In this document: one piece after another, positions 9,952 to 23,129 of the stretch
Layout of the letters: every line of letters starts with the position of its first letter
How positions within the stretch are numbered: position 1 is the stretch's first letter
Virus genome (UHGV): UHGV-0142425
Direction: 5' to 3' (one strand)
Source of the DNA: a virus
Length of the DNA: 64,000 nucleotides
The notes under the pieces: model-generated
What the model saw: the letters and a program-made list of their open reading frames with translations, nothing else
Databases searched by the model: none
Told to the model about the DNA's origin: nothing
Position numbers and translations under genes: made by a program

Positions 9952-10148
9952 AGTCTTTTCTCTGCTTAAAAACTGATGTATTGCGCCTTCAGGTTGGTTA
10001 GGAATGTTTTCCCACCAGCGAAAGCAATATCTCGGGGTGTTCTATTCGTTAAAAGCGCGTGCCATTGCCAACTTTGGCGTTTTTGAGCGAGTTCGTGCTT
10101 TTGTCGGCGTCTGGACCACCGCTTTTCTTTCAGTCGTTTTTTACACAT

Positions 10149-10637
10149 TCAAAACGGAATATCGTCGTCAAAGTCCATTGGAGGTTCGTTATTGGCGTTG
10201 CTCTGAGGTTTACCGCCACCACTGTATTGCTGGTGGTTTTGAGGTTGGTTTGATTGCCCCCAGCCATTTGGGGACTGTGAATCGTCACGGCGAGCGCCGA
10301 TCATTTGCATGGTGCCGCCCTGGCTGACGATAATTTCCGTCGTGTAACGTTCTACACCGGCGTCATCTGTCCACTTACGGGTTTTAAGTTTCCCTTCGAT
10401 GTAGACCTGAGAACCTTTTCGTAAATATTCACTCGCAATTTCAGCAAGTTTCCCGAACAAAACGACTTTATGCCATTCTGTTTGCTCTTTCTGTTGGCCC
10501 GTTTGCTTGTCGCGCCATGATTCATTCGTTGCGATGCTGAGTCTTCCGACCGCGCCGCCATTTGGTATATACCTGATCTCCGGGTCTTGCCCCAGGGTAC
10601 CAATCAGGATGACTTTGTTTACACCGCGTTGTGCCAC
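10149..10637 (-). CDS. ssb: single-stranded DNA-binding protein
   Basis: 162 aa; OB-fold N-terminus, Gly/Gln-rich linker, acidic tail DFDDDIPF. Confidence 0.9.
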   Translation of the reverse strand: MAQRGVNKVILIGTLGQDPEIRYIPNGGAVGRLSIATNESWRDKQTGQQKEQTEWHKVVLFGKLAEIASEYLRKGSQVYIEGKLKTRKWTDDAGVERYTTEIIVSQGGTMQMIGARRDDSQSPNGWGQSNQPQNHQQYSGGGKPQSNANNEPPMDFDDDIPF

Positions 10638-10656
10638 TTATCTTACCTAATAAAAT

Positions 10657-10673
10657 AAATTAATTAGAGCAAT
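10657..10673. promoter_or_regulatory. C1 repressor operator (AAATTAATTAGAGCAAT, 1 mismatch to the 17-bp consensus)
   Basis: Match to the P1 operator consensus ATTGCTCTAATAAATTT (reverse orientation); upstream of ssb and lyz. Confidence 0.6.
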
Positions 10674-10806
10674 AATGTATATCTTTGAAACGTAGCTAAC
10701 AAGTGATTTGCATTATCCTGTGCCTTCTAAAGGGATCGAGTCAGTCGGTATTGGCTGTGAATGGGTGTTTGTCCTGGAGCGTAAAAAATTCGCTTATGAG
10801 GTCTTT

Positions 10807-11364
10807 ATGAAGGGAAAAACAGCCGCAGGAGGCGGTGCAATTTGCGCTATCGCGATGATGATTACCATCGTGATGGGTAATGGCAATGTGCGAACCAACC
10901 AGGCGGGGCTTGAGCTTATCGGAAACGCTGAAGGTTGCCGACGTGATCCATACAAGTGCCCGGCGGGTGTATGGACTGACGGGATTGGTAATACACACGG
11001 GGTAACGCCAGGCGTGCGAAAAACCGACCAGCAAATCGCCGCTGATTGGGAAAAGAATATCCTGATCGCTGAACGCTGTATTAACCAGCACTTCCGGGGC
11101 AAAGACATGCCCGATAATGCCTTCAGCGCAATGACAAGCGCGGCATTCAATATGGGATGCAATAGTTTACGGACCTACTACAGCAAAGCGCGAGGCATGC
11201 GAGTCGAAACGTCCATCCACAAGTGGGCGCAGAAAGGGGAATGGGTGAATATGTGTAACCATCTCCCTGATTTTGTGAACAGTAACGGCGTCCCCCTGCC
11301 CGGGTTAAAGATTCGCCGTGAAGAAGAACGCCAGCTTTGCCTGACGGGGCTTGTCAATGAATAA
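10807..11364 (+). CDS. lyz: SAR endolysin (lysozyme)
   Basis: Track ORF 10708..11364, likely start at MKGKTAAGGG; N-terminal Gly/Ala-rich signal-anchor-release segment, T4-lysozyme-like catalytic region NAEGCRRDPY..GVWTDGIGNTHG. Confidence 0.85.
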   Translation: MKGKTAAGGGAICAIAMMITIVMGNGNVRTNQAGLELIGNAEGCRRDPYKCPAGVWTDGIGNTHGVTPGVRKTDQQIAADWEKNILIAERCINQHFRGKDMPDNAFSAMTSAAFNMGCNSLRTYYSKARGMRVETSIHKWAQKGEWVNMCNHLPDFVNSNGVPLPGLKIRREEERQLCLTGLVNE

Positions 11365-11611
11365 ACTCCGGCAGCTCCGCCGACTTTCGACAATGAAGTT
11401 ATCGCTGGCGGCGATAGTTTTTGACTCGATTTTCATGGCGGTATATGTGCTCAATGAGACGTGGCCACTGGAACCGCTATTATATGCCGGGCTTCGGCTG
11501 TGCCTGACATTTTTGAGCATGGCTGCAAGATTGATGCAGCAGAAAGAAACCGCTTCAGATTGCCCACGTCGCGCGGTGCGCAAATATATGGCACGCAGAC
11601 GAAGGCGATAA
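11357..11611 (+). CDS. small membrane protein translationally coupled to lyz (ATGAATAA overlap)
   Basis: 84 aa, two hydrophobic segments, Arg-rich C-terminus; start overlaps lyz stop. Confidence 0.4.
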   Translation: MNKLRQLRRLSTMKLSLAAIVFDSIFMAVYVLNETWPLEPLLYAGLRLCLTFLSMAARLMQQKETASDCPRRAVRKYMARRRRR

Positions 11612-11620
11612 TAGTTAACG

Positions 11621-11650
11621 ATAACCCCGGCAGCCGCCGGGGTTATTTTT
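11621..11650. terminator. rho-independent terminator (AACCCCGGC-AGCC-GCCGGGGTT + TTTTT)
   Basis: Perfect 9-bp GC-rich stem and T-run between convergent lysis and head operons. Confidence 0.75.
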
Positions 11651-11655
11651 GGTGG

Positions 11656-14386
<2,731 letters not shown>

Positions 14387-14452
14387 TTAATTAGAATAAT
14401 TCGCATCGTGTTTGAACGGAATTTAACACTAGTCACTTGTTAAGGATTACCA

Positions 14453-17400
14453 ATGAACAAGCTATCTATGGGGGTGTTTCGCTGTTCAAGTGTCAGCGAA
14501 ATATTGAAATATATTAGGGCAATAACATCTCACCGAGCGCCGATTAGATACGGCGTGGAAAAGGTGGAAGGCAAAAGCTATGACCGACTGCGCCGGGAGG
14601 CGAATCAGAAGGCGATAGATTTGCTTAATTCACTGGTGGACGGCGCGACACTGACAGATGAACAGCGCCAGATCCTGGCTGGGTACACCGGTGAAGGCGG
14701 CATTGGCGGGTCCGTCTCCGAATATTACACACCAAAGCCTATCGCTGAAGGCGTCTGGGAGATCATGAAGCTCTATGGCGCGGACGTAGGTAACACTCTG
14801 GAACCATCGGCGGGCACCGGCGTTTTTAATGAGACAAAACCGGTTGGTACGGTGATGACCGCGACTGAGATCAGCAGTGTTTCCGGTCGTATAAACCAGC
14901 TGTTACATCCGGAAGACAGCGTACAGATTTCCCCGTTCGAACAGCTGGCTATAAGCACACCTAACGATTCATTCGACCATGTTGTGGGTAACGTTCCGTT
15001 CGGCGGTCGTGATAACACACGCAACATCGATAAGCCTTACGCAGAAGAAACGGATATGGGGTCTTACTTCATGCTCCGCATGCTGGACAAGATAAAGCCA
15101 GGCGGATTCATGTGTGTGATTGTGCCGCCGTCCATTGTTTCAGGTTCAAACATGAAGCGGTTGCGCCTGCGCCTATCCCGTAAAGCTGAATTTCTTGGTG
15201 CCCACCGCTTGCCTACCGGTACTTTTGACGCAAACGGGACCAGTACGGTCGTTGATGTGGTGCTGATGCGCAAGCATCCGGCAGAGATGGCTGAGAAAAT
15301 CCCCCTGGTGGATGAAAGCACTCTTGAATCGGCAAATGTGATTTGGCCAACGTTTATTTCTGGCAAGTGGTTTGAAAAGGACGGCCGCCGGTTTGTTCAT
15401 GGCACCCAGGAGAAGGGATTCCAGGGGCGTATTGAGGTTCGTGCCGACGGGCAGATTGATAACCAGGCTCTTAAAGCGAAGCTGATTCATCGTTTCGAAA
15501 GTCGTATCGACTGGTCTTTGCTCGATATGGCTGAACCGTCACCGACCGCAGACGTTGTTGATGAAGGGGAAATGCGCCTGATTAATGGCGTATGGCAAAA
15601 ATATGCTGGTGGTCGCTGGATTGAATCTGATGCCGGGAAGGAGCTGAAGATTGATGTTGCCAGTTATGGCGCGGACAGCTGGGAGGCTCTTCAGCGTAAC
15701 CTGACTACAACAGAAGGTCGTCTCGGTATGACATTTACCCAGATGGCAAATGTCCGCGATAAGTACACCACATCAATCAGCGACGATATGGTGCAGCTGG
15801 TGGACTGGATTAACAGTCAGCCTGAAAAATACCGTGAACGCTTGTATCGCGGGGCGATGATTGGCCGGATGTTAATTGAATATCAGGATATGAAGGCCGC
15901 CGGGCATAGTGCTGAACAAATCGAACAGCAGCGCCTTTCCCTGGTATCCCGTTTGCAGGCAGAGATTGACCGTTTTGGTAACCCCGGTCGCGGTCCGATA
16001 GCGAAATTGTCGGGGAGCGGTGCGCGCGCCTGGTTTGCTTTCCGTGGTGCAATTAAGCTGGATGGCACTATTTCTGACGAGCTGACAGGAAAGCTGGTTA
16101 CGCATGATTCCAGCGCCAGTTATGACTCCACCAGCTATCAGGACACCCTGCGTTATCTCTACAGTGATCTCACTCGCGATCCAATCCAGCTCGATGATTT
16201 CCGCCTTGCGTTTACCGGCGAACTGCCAGCCAGTGATGACGAGTTGCTTAATTTATTGGCCAGCACCCCTGGCATTGCGGTTTCACCGTATGGCGGGATT
16301 GTTCCGTTTGCCCGCGCCACCAGCGGCGACATTAACGAGATAGTGGCTCCAAAACAGGAATTCCTCGCCACGCTCCCCGACGGTCCAGTAAAGAACAACG
16401 TCCTTAATCAGCTGGCAGCGATCGAAGAGAAGCGCATCAAGACGCCAGCAGAGAATATCCGGTTTAAGCTCAATAGCCGTTGGTTCGACCGTTCCGTCAT
16501 TCTGGAATTTTTGCAGGAAAACGGCTATCCGGATCTGCGCTATGTGCAGTCAGTGCAGCTGGAAGGCGACGAAATGGTTTCTGACACCTATCACGGTGGT
16601 GATGGCCTGTTCGTCGGGCACCGATACGGTGTCGTCCAGCGCAAGGATAAAGACACAGGCGAGATCCGCTACGAGTGGGACCGTAAATCAGGTGAAAACG
16701 CGACCGGGTTCCCGGCACAGCTGGAAAAGTATCTCAATGGTGCGCGTATTGGTGGCAAAGATAGCGCGACGGCGAACGGCTACCGCGAGCAGATGGCACT
16801 GCTTGAGGACCAGTTCAATAAGTGGATCAAGACGCACGATCGCTACGATGAGCTGGTTGCCAAATACAACGATGTTTTCAATAGCAATATTCCGTATGAA
16901 CACTCTGGTGATCCGCTTGGGTTGAAGGGATTAAGCGGTAAGCGTCAGCCATTTGATTACCAGAATAGCGAGGTGCGCCGACTGTCCGAAGATGGGCGCG
17001 GCATCCTGGGCTTCGGCACCGGGCTGGGTAAAACTACGACCGCGCTGGCGCTTGAGGCGTTCAACTATGAGAACGGTCGCTCCACCCGTACTGCGTATGT
17101 AGTGCCTAAATCAGTGCTGGAAAACTGGTATTACGAAGCAAAAGAATTCCTGAGTGAAGAGGCATTCAGTAACTACCTGTTCGTCGGTCTTGATGTGCTG
17201 ATGGATGGCGATCAGATTCGCCAGGTGCCGGTGCTCGATGAGAACGGTAAACCAGTTCTTGGTACTGATGGCACTCCAGTTATGCGCGATGCTCTTAAGC
17301 TGGCAGATGAAGCCACTATCACGGCGCGGATGAACGCGATCCCGCACTCAAATTACCGTGCAGTCGTGTTTACCAAAGAACAATACGCCCGCATTCCGCT

Positions 17401-20400
17401 ACGTGATGACACCGTAGATGAGCATGCACAGGATATGCTTTATGACTTCGTTGCCGCCGGGCGCGTAGCCAGCGCAATGGACTCCGACTCCCACCGCAAA
17501 GAGGCCGCGCGTCGCCGGGTATTGTCGGAGTATTCAGATACCGGCACCGAAAAAGCAGAGAGGTATCCGTACTTTGAGGATATGGGCTTCGATAGTGTGA
17601 TCGCCGACGAAGGTCACAACTACCGCAATAGCTATAAAAATGGTCGCGAAGCGTCACAACTGGCCTATCTGCCCACCAGCGCGGTGGCGCAATCGGCGCG
17701 GGATATGGCAATCAAAAACGCGTACCTGATGAAAAAGAATGGCGGGCGCGGACCGGTTCTCCTGACTGCAACGCCAGTCGTTAACACCCCGATCGATGCA
17801 TACAACATGCTTTCTCATGTTCTGCCGAAGGAATACTGGCAGAAGATGGGGATCTACAGTCCTGATGACTTCGTTAAATTCTTCGGCAAGACCAGGCTGG
17901 AAACGGTACAGAAAATCAGCGGTGAAGTTGAAGAAAAAATGGCGCTGGTGGGCTTTGAAAACCTTGATGCGCTGCGCGGTATATTCCATCGCTGGGTAAC
18001 GCTTAAAACGGCGGAAGACGTTAAGGATACCGTGGAGATCCCGGAGCTGGACGAACACCAGCAGGATGCACCACTTACTGAAGAACAACTGGCGGCGTAT
18101 GAAGAATTGCGTCAGCAGGCGGAAGCGGCAGCCAAAGCCAACAATGGCGTAACGACCTCGGTCAATGAAGACGGCGTGATTGAGCACGAGAAAGCCCGTC
18201 CGATCTTCTCAATAATCAGGGATATGGACCGCGTATGTACTGACATGGACCTGTACTATCGCCGGATCACCTATCGTTTCCTGCCGGAGTACGCCGATGC
18301 GGTGCAGCAGCTGGCGGACAGTTTGCCTAAACAAGCCACCAGCGAAGACGACGACAGTGATGATTCAATCACGCAGCAATCGCAATACTCCCTGATAGAT
18401 AAGGGCGAGTTTATTCAGTTGCAGGTTCCGGAAGCGTTTGAGCAGGAAGTGAATAAGCGCCTGGCCAAGTTTGGCATTGACGAACAGACCGTAACTCACC
18501 CCGTTACACCCAAATACGCGAAGCTGATCGCCACGCTGAAGGAGTTTTTCCCGGAAGGTAAGCAAATCATCTTCACGGACGAAAAAACGCAGCACCAGAA
18601 GCTCAAGCGCATTATCTGCAATGCTCTTAACCTTGAACCTTCAAAGGTGGGGATCCTGAATGCTCAGACGGTTGCCGAGGCAGGTAAAACCGGTAAGAAA
18701 CTGAAATCGGTTAAACCGCCGAAAGAGTTACCGGATGAACCAACAGATGCACAGATAGCGAAATACAACGAGCAAATGGCTCTGTATGACGCCTATATCG
18801 CGCAGCAAAATGAAATGTCGTTGGGCGGTCTGGAAAAGATTGCAGCAGACTTCCAGGAGGGCCGGACTCCGATCATCATCTGCAACAAAAAGGCAGAGGT
18901 GGGTATCAACCTGCATCGAGGAACGACTGACATCCATCATCTGACGTTGCCGTGGACTCCAGCCAGTATCGCACAACGTAACGGTCGCGGTGCCCGAGTT
19001 GGCTCCAACCGTGCAAGCGTTCGCGTTCACTACTACTGCGGCAAGGGTTCTTTCGATGAATACCGACTGAAGACGCTGAAGCGTAAAGCAGGCTGGATCT
19101 CCGATATCCTCCGTTCAGATAAGTCAGAAATGGAGAACGCCGACGCCAACGATATGATCGAAATGCAGATGTATACCGCTAAGGATGATGGCGAACGTCT
19201 GGCAATGATGCAGGTTCAAATGGATAAGGCGAAAGCCGCGCAACGCGCTCGCCAGAAAGAACAGGCTACTATCGACCTTCAGAACTACATCAAGGCACAG
19301 CACGCAGCTGGTGAGGATGTGGAGGTACTTACCGCTGAATTAGAGCGAAGCAAAGCGGAATTTGAAAAGACCACCGCCGAGGTAGCTAAATTCAAACAGG
19401 CGGTAATGGCCAAAGCAGCTGATAACGCAGACTGGAAGGCCCGCTGGGGGAGTGTCCATCACACAGACCGTACGTTGTTAGCACAGTATCGCGCGTCGTT
19501 GAAAAGCGCCATTCAGCGCAAGGCTAATATCTCTCAAGCCATCTCCCGCTATGAGAAATTATTGAACCGTACTCAGAAGGCCGCGACGGATATCAAACGC
19601 CTGCGCCCGCTGGTGGAGGATGCAATAAATAAAGGCATTCTGGATGTTGATCCTGACCTGGTTAACCATGCGAGTGAGTTCCTTGTTATCGGCGATCGCT
19701 CATGGCGTGTAGGCCAATACTACGATTGTGCCGGTGATATCGTTCGCATTAAGTCGCTGGACTTCGACAGCCAGCGCGCAGACGTGGAGATCATCTTTAC
19801 CTTAAAAGGCACCAAATCGGGTAACTGGGATGTGAAGACGCTGGATAAACAGATTGATGTAACTCCCGATGAAGATGCTGTTATGCAGAAAATCAGTGGT
19901 GGCGTCTCCATCGCCGGGATTAACGACATCATTTCCTGTGACGATTTCTACCGTTTCCAGCAGCGCGGCATGATCAAAATCACTGACTCGTACGGCGTCC
20001 AGGCTACAGCGTCAGGCTACAGCATTGATTTTGTTGGTACCTATACGGACCCACTGAAGCATGCGGTTTACCCGGATCGCCGTGACGGCGCGCTGAAGTC
20101 GTCAATTGCAAAATGGGTGCTTGGTATGATGTCGGAAGGGAATAACCGCCAGATCCGTTCGGCAGAAACATTCCTGGTTGAACTGTTTGGCTCCAATTAT
20201 GGTGATGTAATCGCGTCATACGGAGATACGCTATCCCCTGAAGCAATTCAGGAGAAAATAGCGGATGCGATCGCCAGAATGCCGGAAAAAACAAGCCAGG
20301 GGGCTACTCGTAACGGGGATTCTGAACTTGAAGTCACCAATGCCATTTTCGGTACCAATGAGTTCCGGGCGTCAGATTATGAGATCACCACAGCACAGTT

Positions 20401-21220
20401 TGGCACCATTGGCATTTACAGTAATAAAGACGAGATCAAGCAGGCAATGGACGCAGCAAGTGCGCGCATTGCAGCAGAACGGAAAGCCAATCTGAATCAT
20501 GCAGTCGCCGCGCTGACTCAATCGTGGGTAACAGCAATCAGGGAGGCCGCCACCACAGGGAAAATCACACCTGCAATAGCGGATGTCGTAAACGACGGCT
20601 CTAAATTTATGGATGCCTATCAAATGGATGCGGTGAAGTTGCCATCAGCCTATGGTCAACTCAGCTATCGCATGACCTACAACCTGGTATCAATGTTTTC
20701 CGACCTTGCCATCCTTGGGCTGGTGGATCTTAACGAGGTTACGCCGGAATTGCTCAGCATGCGCAAGAATCATGTGGAGATATTGCAGAGAATTAACACG
20801 GTTCTTGCCGGACGCACCGATGAAGAGAAACAGGCCGACGCTGATCGGATAAACCTGGCCCTTGGCAACATCACGGAGGAAGAGATTGCCGCCAGAAACG
20901 AGAAACAAGAAGAGTTATCATCAATACAGGGTGATGCCACCAGCATAGCTCAGTCTCTTGGTCTGAATTATCGCGTATCCACCGCCGACCTGAAGATGAT
21001 GTACGCACCAAAATTCGCCGCTGGCGAGGTATTTGGGCTTCAGGAAGCCTCAGGCATGAAAGGCGTTCTTTTCCGTGCGAAAGACGCAATCAAGGCGAAA
21101 TTCGGCGCTCGCTGGCTGCCTGCGAAGGCGAAGAACAGCGATTTCCCGGGTAACTGGTGGATTATCGAGACAAAACACAACGTGGCGGACGTTCTGGCCG
21201 TCATCCAACAATACGCATAA
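14453..21220 (+). CDS. darB: DarB, giant antirestriction protein (N6-adenine methyltransferase + SF2 helicase domains)
   Basis: 2255 aa; AdoMet motif LEPSAGTGVF and NVPFG near N-terminus; helicase Walker A GFGTGLGKTT and DEGH box. Confidence 0.85.
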   Translation: MNKLSMGVFRCSSVSEILKYIRAITSHRAPIRYGVEKVEGKSYDRLRREANQKAIDLLNSLVDGATLTDEQRQILAGYTGEGGIGGSVSEYYTPKPIAEGVWEIMKLYGADVGNTLEPSAGTGVFNETKPVGTVMTATEISSVSGRINQLLHPEDSVQISPFEQLAISTPNDSFDHVVGNVPFGGRDNTRNIDKPYAEETDMGSYFMLRMLDKIKPGGFMCVIVPPSIVSGSNMKRLRLRLSRKAEFLGAHRLPTGTFDANGTSTVVDVVLMRKHPAEMAEKIPLVDESTLESANVIWPTFISGKWFEKDGRRFVHGTQEKGFQGRIEVRADGQIDNQALKAKLIHRFESRIDWSLLDMAEPSPTADVVDEGEMRLINGVWQKYAGGRWIESDAGKELKIDVASYGADSWEALQRNLTTTEGRLGMTFTQMANVRDKYTTSISDDMVQLVDWINSQPEKYRERLYRGAMIGRMLIEYQDMKAAGHSAEQIEQQRLSLVSRLQAEIDRFGNPGRGPIAKLSGSGARAWFAFRGAIKLDGTISDELTGKLVTHDSSASYDSTSYQDTLRYLYSDLTRDPIQLDDFRLAFTGELPASDDELLNLLASTPGIAVSPYGGIVPFARATSGDINEIVAPKQEFLATLPDGPVKNNVLNQLAAIEEKRIKTPAENIRFKLNSRWFDRSVILEFLQENGYPDLRYVQSVQLEGDEMVSDTYHGGDGLFVGHRYGVVQRKDKDTGEIRYEWDRKSGENATGFPAQLEKYLNGARIGGKDSATANGYREQMALLEDQFNKWIKTHDRYDELVAKYNDVFNSNIPYEHSGDPLGLKGLSGKRQPFDYQNSEVRRLSEDGRGILGFGTGLGKTTTALALEAFNYENGRSTRTAYVVPKSVLENWYYEAKEFLSEEAFSNYLFVGLDVLMDGDQIRQVPVLDENGKPVLGTDGTPVMRDALKLADEATITARMNAIPHSNYRAVVFTKEQYARIPLRDDTVDEHAQDMLYDFVAAGRVASAMDSDSHRKEAARRRVLSEYSDTGTEKAERYPYFEDMGFDSVIADEGHNYRNSYKNGREASQLAYLPTSAVAQSARDMAIKNAYLMKKNGGRGPVLLTATPVVNTPIDAYNMLSHVLPKEYWQKMGIYSPDDFVKFFGKTRLETVQKISGEVEEKMALVGFENLDALRGIFHRWVTLKTAEDVKDTVEIPELDEHQQDAPLTEEQLAAYEELRQQAEAAAKANNGVTTSVNEDGVIEHEKARPIFSIIRDMDRVCTDMDLYYRRITYRFLPEYADAVQQLADSLPKQATSEDDDSDDSITQQSQYSLIDKGEFIQLQVPEAFEQEVNKRLAKFGIDEQTVTHPVTPKYAKLIATLKEFFPEGKQIIFTDEKTQHQKLKRIICNALNLEPSKVGILNAQTVAEAGKTGKKLKSVKPPKELPDEPTDAQIAKYNEQMALYDAYIAQQNEMSLGGLEKIAADFQEGRTPIIICNKKAEVGINLHRGTTDIHHLTLPWTPASIAQRNGRGARVGSNRASVRVHYYCGKGSFDEYRLKTLKRKAGWISDILRSDKSEMENADANDMIEMQMYTAKDDGERLAMMQVQMDKAKAAQRARQKEQATIDLQNYIKAQHAAGEDVEVLTAELERSKAEFEKTTAEVAKFKQAVMAKAADNADWKARWGSVHHTDRTLLAQYRASLKSAIQRKANISQAISRYEKLLNRTQKAATDIKRLRPLVEDAINKGILDVDPDLVNHASEFLVIGDRSWRVGQYYDCAGDIVRIKSLDFDSQRADVEIIFTLKGTKSGNWDVKTLDKQIDVTPDEDAVMQKISGGVSIAGINDIISCDDFYRFQQRGMIKITDSYGVQATASGYSIDFVGTYTDPLKHAVYPDRRDGALKSSIAKWVLGMMSEGNNRQIRSAETFLVELFGSNYGDVIASYGDTLSPEAIQEKIADAIARMPEKTSQGATRNGDSELEVTNAIFGTNEFRASDYEITTAQFGTIGIYSNKDEIKQAMDAASARIAAERKANLNHAVAALTQSWVTAIREAATTGKITPAIADVVNDGSKFMDAYQMDAVKLPSAYGQLSYRMTYNLVSMFSDLAILGLVDLNEVTPELLSMRKNHVEILQRINTVLAGRTDEEKQADADRINLALGNITEEEIAARNEKQEELSSIQGDATSIAQSLGLNYRVSTADLKMMYAPKFAAGEVFGLQEASGMKGVLFRAKDAIKAKFGARWLPAKAKNSDFPGNWWIIETKHNVADVLAVIQQYA

Positions 21221-21253
21221 CAGGAGCGCCCGGTTCGCCGGGCGTCGCATAAT

Positions 21254-21694
21254 ATGGCCACACTATCTGATACAATAAAACCGAATAAAACATATCTTGA
21301 GGCGGTACTCCGTACAGCGTTGTTAGGAAAGACAGAAGACGAATACGTTGATTTCTTCCTGTCAGGGCTACGCGGGCGATTACTGAAAAATCCCCGCCTG
21401 TACCGCAGCTACGGCCCATACTGGCCGGAAATTAAAAAATTATTACTGGAGCGCGGTTATGGTAATTTCGGTCGTCTCGTTGACCGTGACGTTCGCAAAA
21501 TTTACCGTTATGACCGCCCGGCGCTGACGCTCATAGCCGCGACGCTCTACAGCCAGGAGCGTTTTGATAATGGTCAGATATACTCAGCCTGGCATTTACT
21601 GCCTGTGCCTGAAGAGGTTGACGACCAGGACTATGAGTTTGAGTCTTACGATTTGGAAGTTGAAGCCTTAGCACAGGCTGGAGAGAAAACTTGA
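21254..21694 (+). CDS. ulx: Ulx-like protein
   Basis: 146 aa ORF between darB and the lxc-sized ORF; P1 synteny. Confidence 0.5.
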   Translation: MATLSDTIKPNKTYLEAVLRTALLGKTEDEYVDFFLSGLRGRLLKNPRLYRSYGPYWPEIKKLLLERGYGNFGRLVDRDVRKIYRYDRPALTLIAATLYSQERFDNGQIYSAWHLLPVPEEVDDQDYEFESYDLEVEALAQAGEKT

Positions 21695-21939
21695 AAAAGC
21701 GATACTACACAGTAAAGCATGGGACGCTACGAGCATTACAAGAGTTTGCTGACAAGCATAACGTTGAGGTGCGCAGGGAAGGGGGAAGTAAAGCTCTGCG
21801 CATGTACCGCCCGGACGGGAAATGGCGGACGGTCGTCGATTTCAAAACTAACAGCGTTCCCCAGGGCGTCCGTGACCGGGCATTCGAGGAATGGGAGCAG
21901 ATCATCATAGATAACGCATTGCTTCTGAATGCTGATTAA
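21691..21939 (+). CDS. lxc: Lxc-like small protein (modulator of C1)
   Basis: 82 aa, start overlaps ulx stop; P1 synteny. Confidence 0.5.
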   Translation: MKKRYYTVKHGTLRALQEFADKHNVEVRREGGSKALRMYRPDGKWRTVVDFKTNSVPQGVRDRAFEEWEQIIIDNALLLNAD

Positions 21940-21949
21940 TAATCATTTA

Positions 21950-21971
21950 AAGCCCATATGATATGGGCTTA
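21950..21971. terminator. perfect hairpin AGCCCATAT-G-ATATGGGCT after lxc
   Basis: 9-bp perfect palindrome; separates the lxc operon from the inserted gene. Confidence 0.55.
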
Positions 21972-22021
21972 AACAACAGGATCGATATACAGTGTTAGTT
22001 AAATATATAGGCGAGAGTTAT

Positions 22022-23032
22022 ATGGATAAACCTTGGCCGGGCATGCACATTAGAACATCTTGTCTGGAGGATGGTTTCTTTAGAGCAACGCAACCAAAGT
22101 ATCTTAATGATCCGTCGAGTGAGTCGCGACTTCTTCCATTTTTTAATAAATTTTCACCAGCCGATTACGCATGGGCTAGAAATGAATTTAAGAAAATGCA
22201 ACGAGATCCATCTTATGTCCCATCTATACAAGAGTTAGAGTATTATTTAAAACCTTGCGGGAAACGATACGGAGAGGATTTTCCACACTTGTTAATCAAT
22301 GAAGGTTTTACCTCAATGGATTCATATGATGAATCTAAACTCCAAGAAATAGTAACGTACCTTAACGATTATTTAGTAGAAGCCGTAAGCTGTCATCTTG
22401 GTGTGTTCTCTCTATCAAAAAGTGATTGCAATCTACACATGTGGACTCATTATGCATCGATAGGAAAGGGGTTTGCTGTAGTTTTCGATGAAACACACGA
22501 TTTTTTCAAAATATATCGGCCGTGTGATGTTAGTTATAATCCAGAAGATAGAGCATCTGTAACCTATTATAAAGGCGCTGTGCGATTTAATGGCTATCCT
22601 GCGCCATCGAGGAATATAGATATAAAGAATAAAGATAATACATTGCATGGGATCTTAAATCGAGATTCAGTTCGCGAGCTTTTTATTAATAGGCTTCTTT
22701 ATACAAAAGGTGAAGAGTGGCTTCCTGAAAATGAAAGTAGAATTATTTTTCCATTGGCTGATTGCGAGAGAAAAATAGGAAGCATTGTCTCTCCATCGAT
22801 TGATGACTGCCTATTAAATGAGTATCCTGATGTTTTTCATGACTATCATGAAATTAACTTAAAGAAAATTCCTTTTTCTGCATTCAAGCAAATTACCTTA
22901 GGGTATAACATGACTGAAAAAGATAAAAATATAATTTTAGATAAAGTTAGTTCGAATAAAGAATTGTCTCACGTCAACGTATTACATTCAAAACTTGATA
23001 TATACGGAAAGGTTGTGGTTAAGCCCATGTAA
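22022..23032 (+). CDS. hypothetical protein occupying the res-mod slot; candidate defence/exclusion gene
   Basis: 336 aa from ATG 22022 (346 aa from GTG 21992 in the ORF track); SD-like AGGCGAGAG upstream; AT-rich; central motif CNLHMWTHYASIGKGFAVVFDE; no recognisable catalytic motif. Confidence 0.6.
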   Translation: MDKPWPGMHIRTSCLEDGFFRATQPKYLNDPSSESRLLPFFNKFSPADYAWARNEFKKMQRDPSYVPSIQELEYYLKPCGKRYGEDFPHLLINEGFTSMDSYDESKLQEIVTYLNDYLVEAVSCHLGVFSLSKSDCNLHMWTHYASIGKGFAVVFDETHDFFKIYRPCDVSYNPEDRASVTYYKGAVRFNGYPAPSRNIDIKNKDNTLHGILNRDSVRELFINRLLYTKGEEWLPENESRIIFPLADCERKIGSIVSPSIDDCLLNEYPDVFHDYHEINLKKIPFSAFKQITLGYNMTEKDKNIILDKVSSNKELSHVNVLHSKLDIYGKVVVKPM

Positions 23033-23064
23033 TAATACGCTTATGTCTACACTTCATGATAAAT

Positions 23065-23086
23065 ACCTTCCTTAACTTAGGAAGGT
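23065..23086. terminator. hairpin CCTTCC-N8-GGAAGG between convergent genes
   Basis: Inverted repeat followed by T-rich tract; lies between the inserted gene and mat. Confidence 0.5.
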
Positions 23087-23129
23087 TAGTTGTAGGTTTA
23101 CGCAGAAAGTAACAAATAACCTTCGTAGG

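Noticed and set aside
14773-20623. Multiple minus-strand ORFs of 60-177 aa inside darB (e.g. 17654..18187)
   Set aside because: All lie antisense within the 2255-aa darB reading frame and have no start signals; shadow ORFs.
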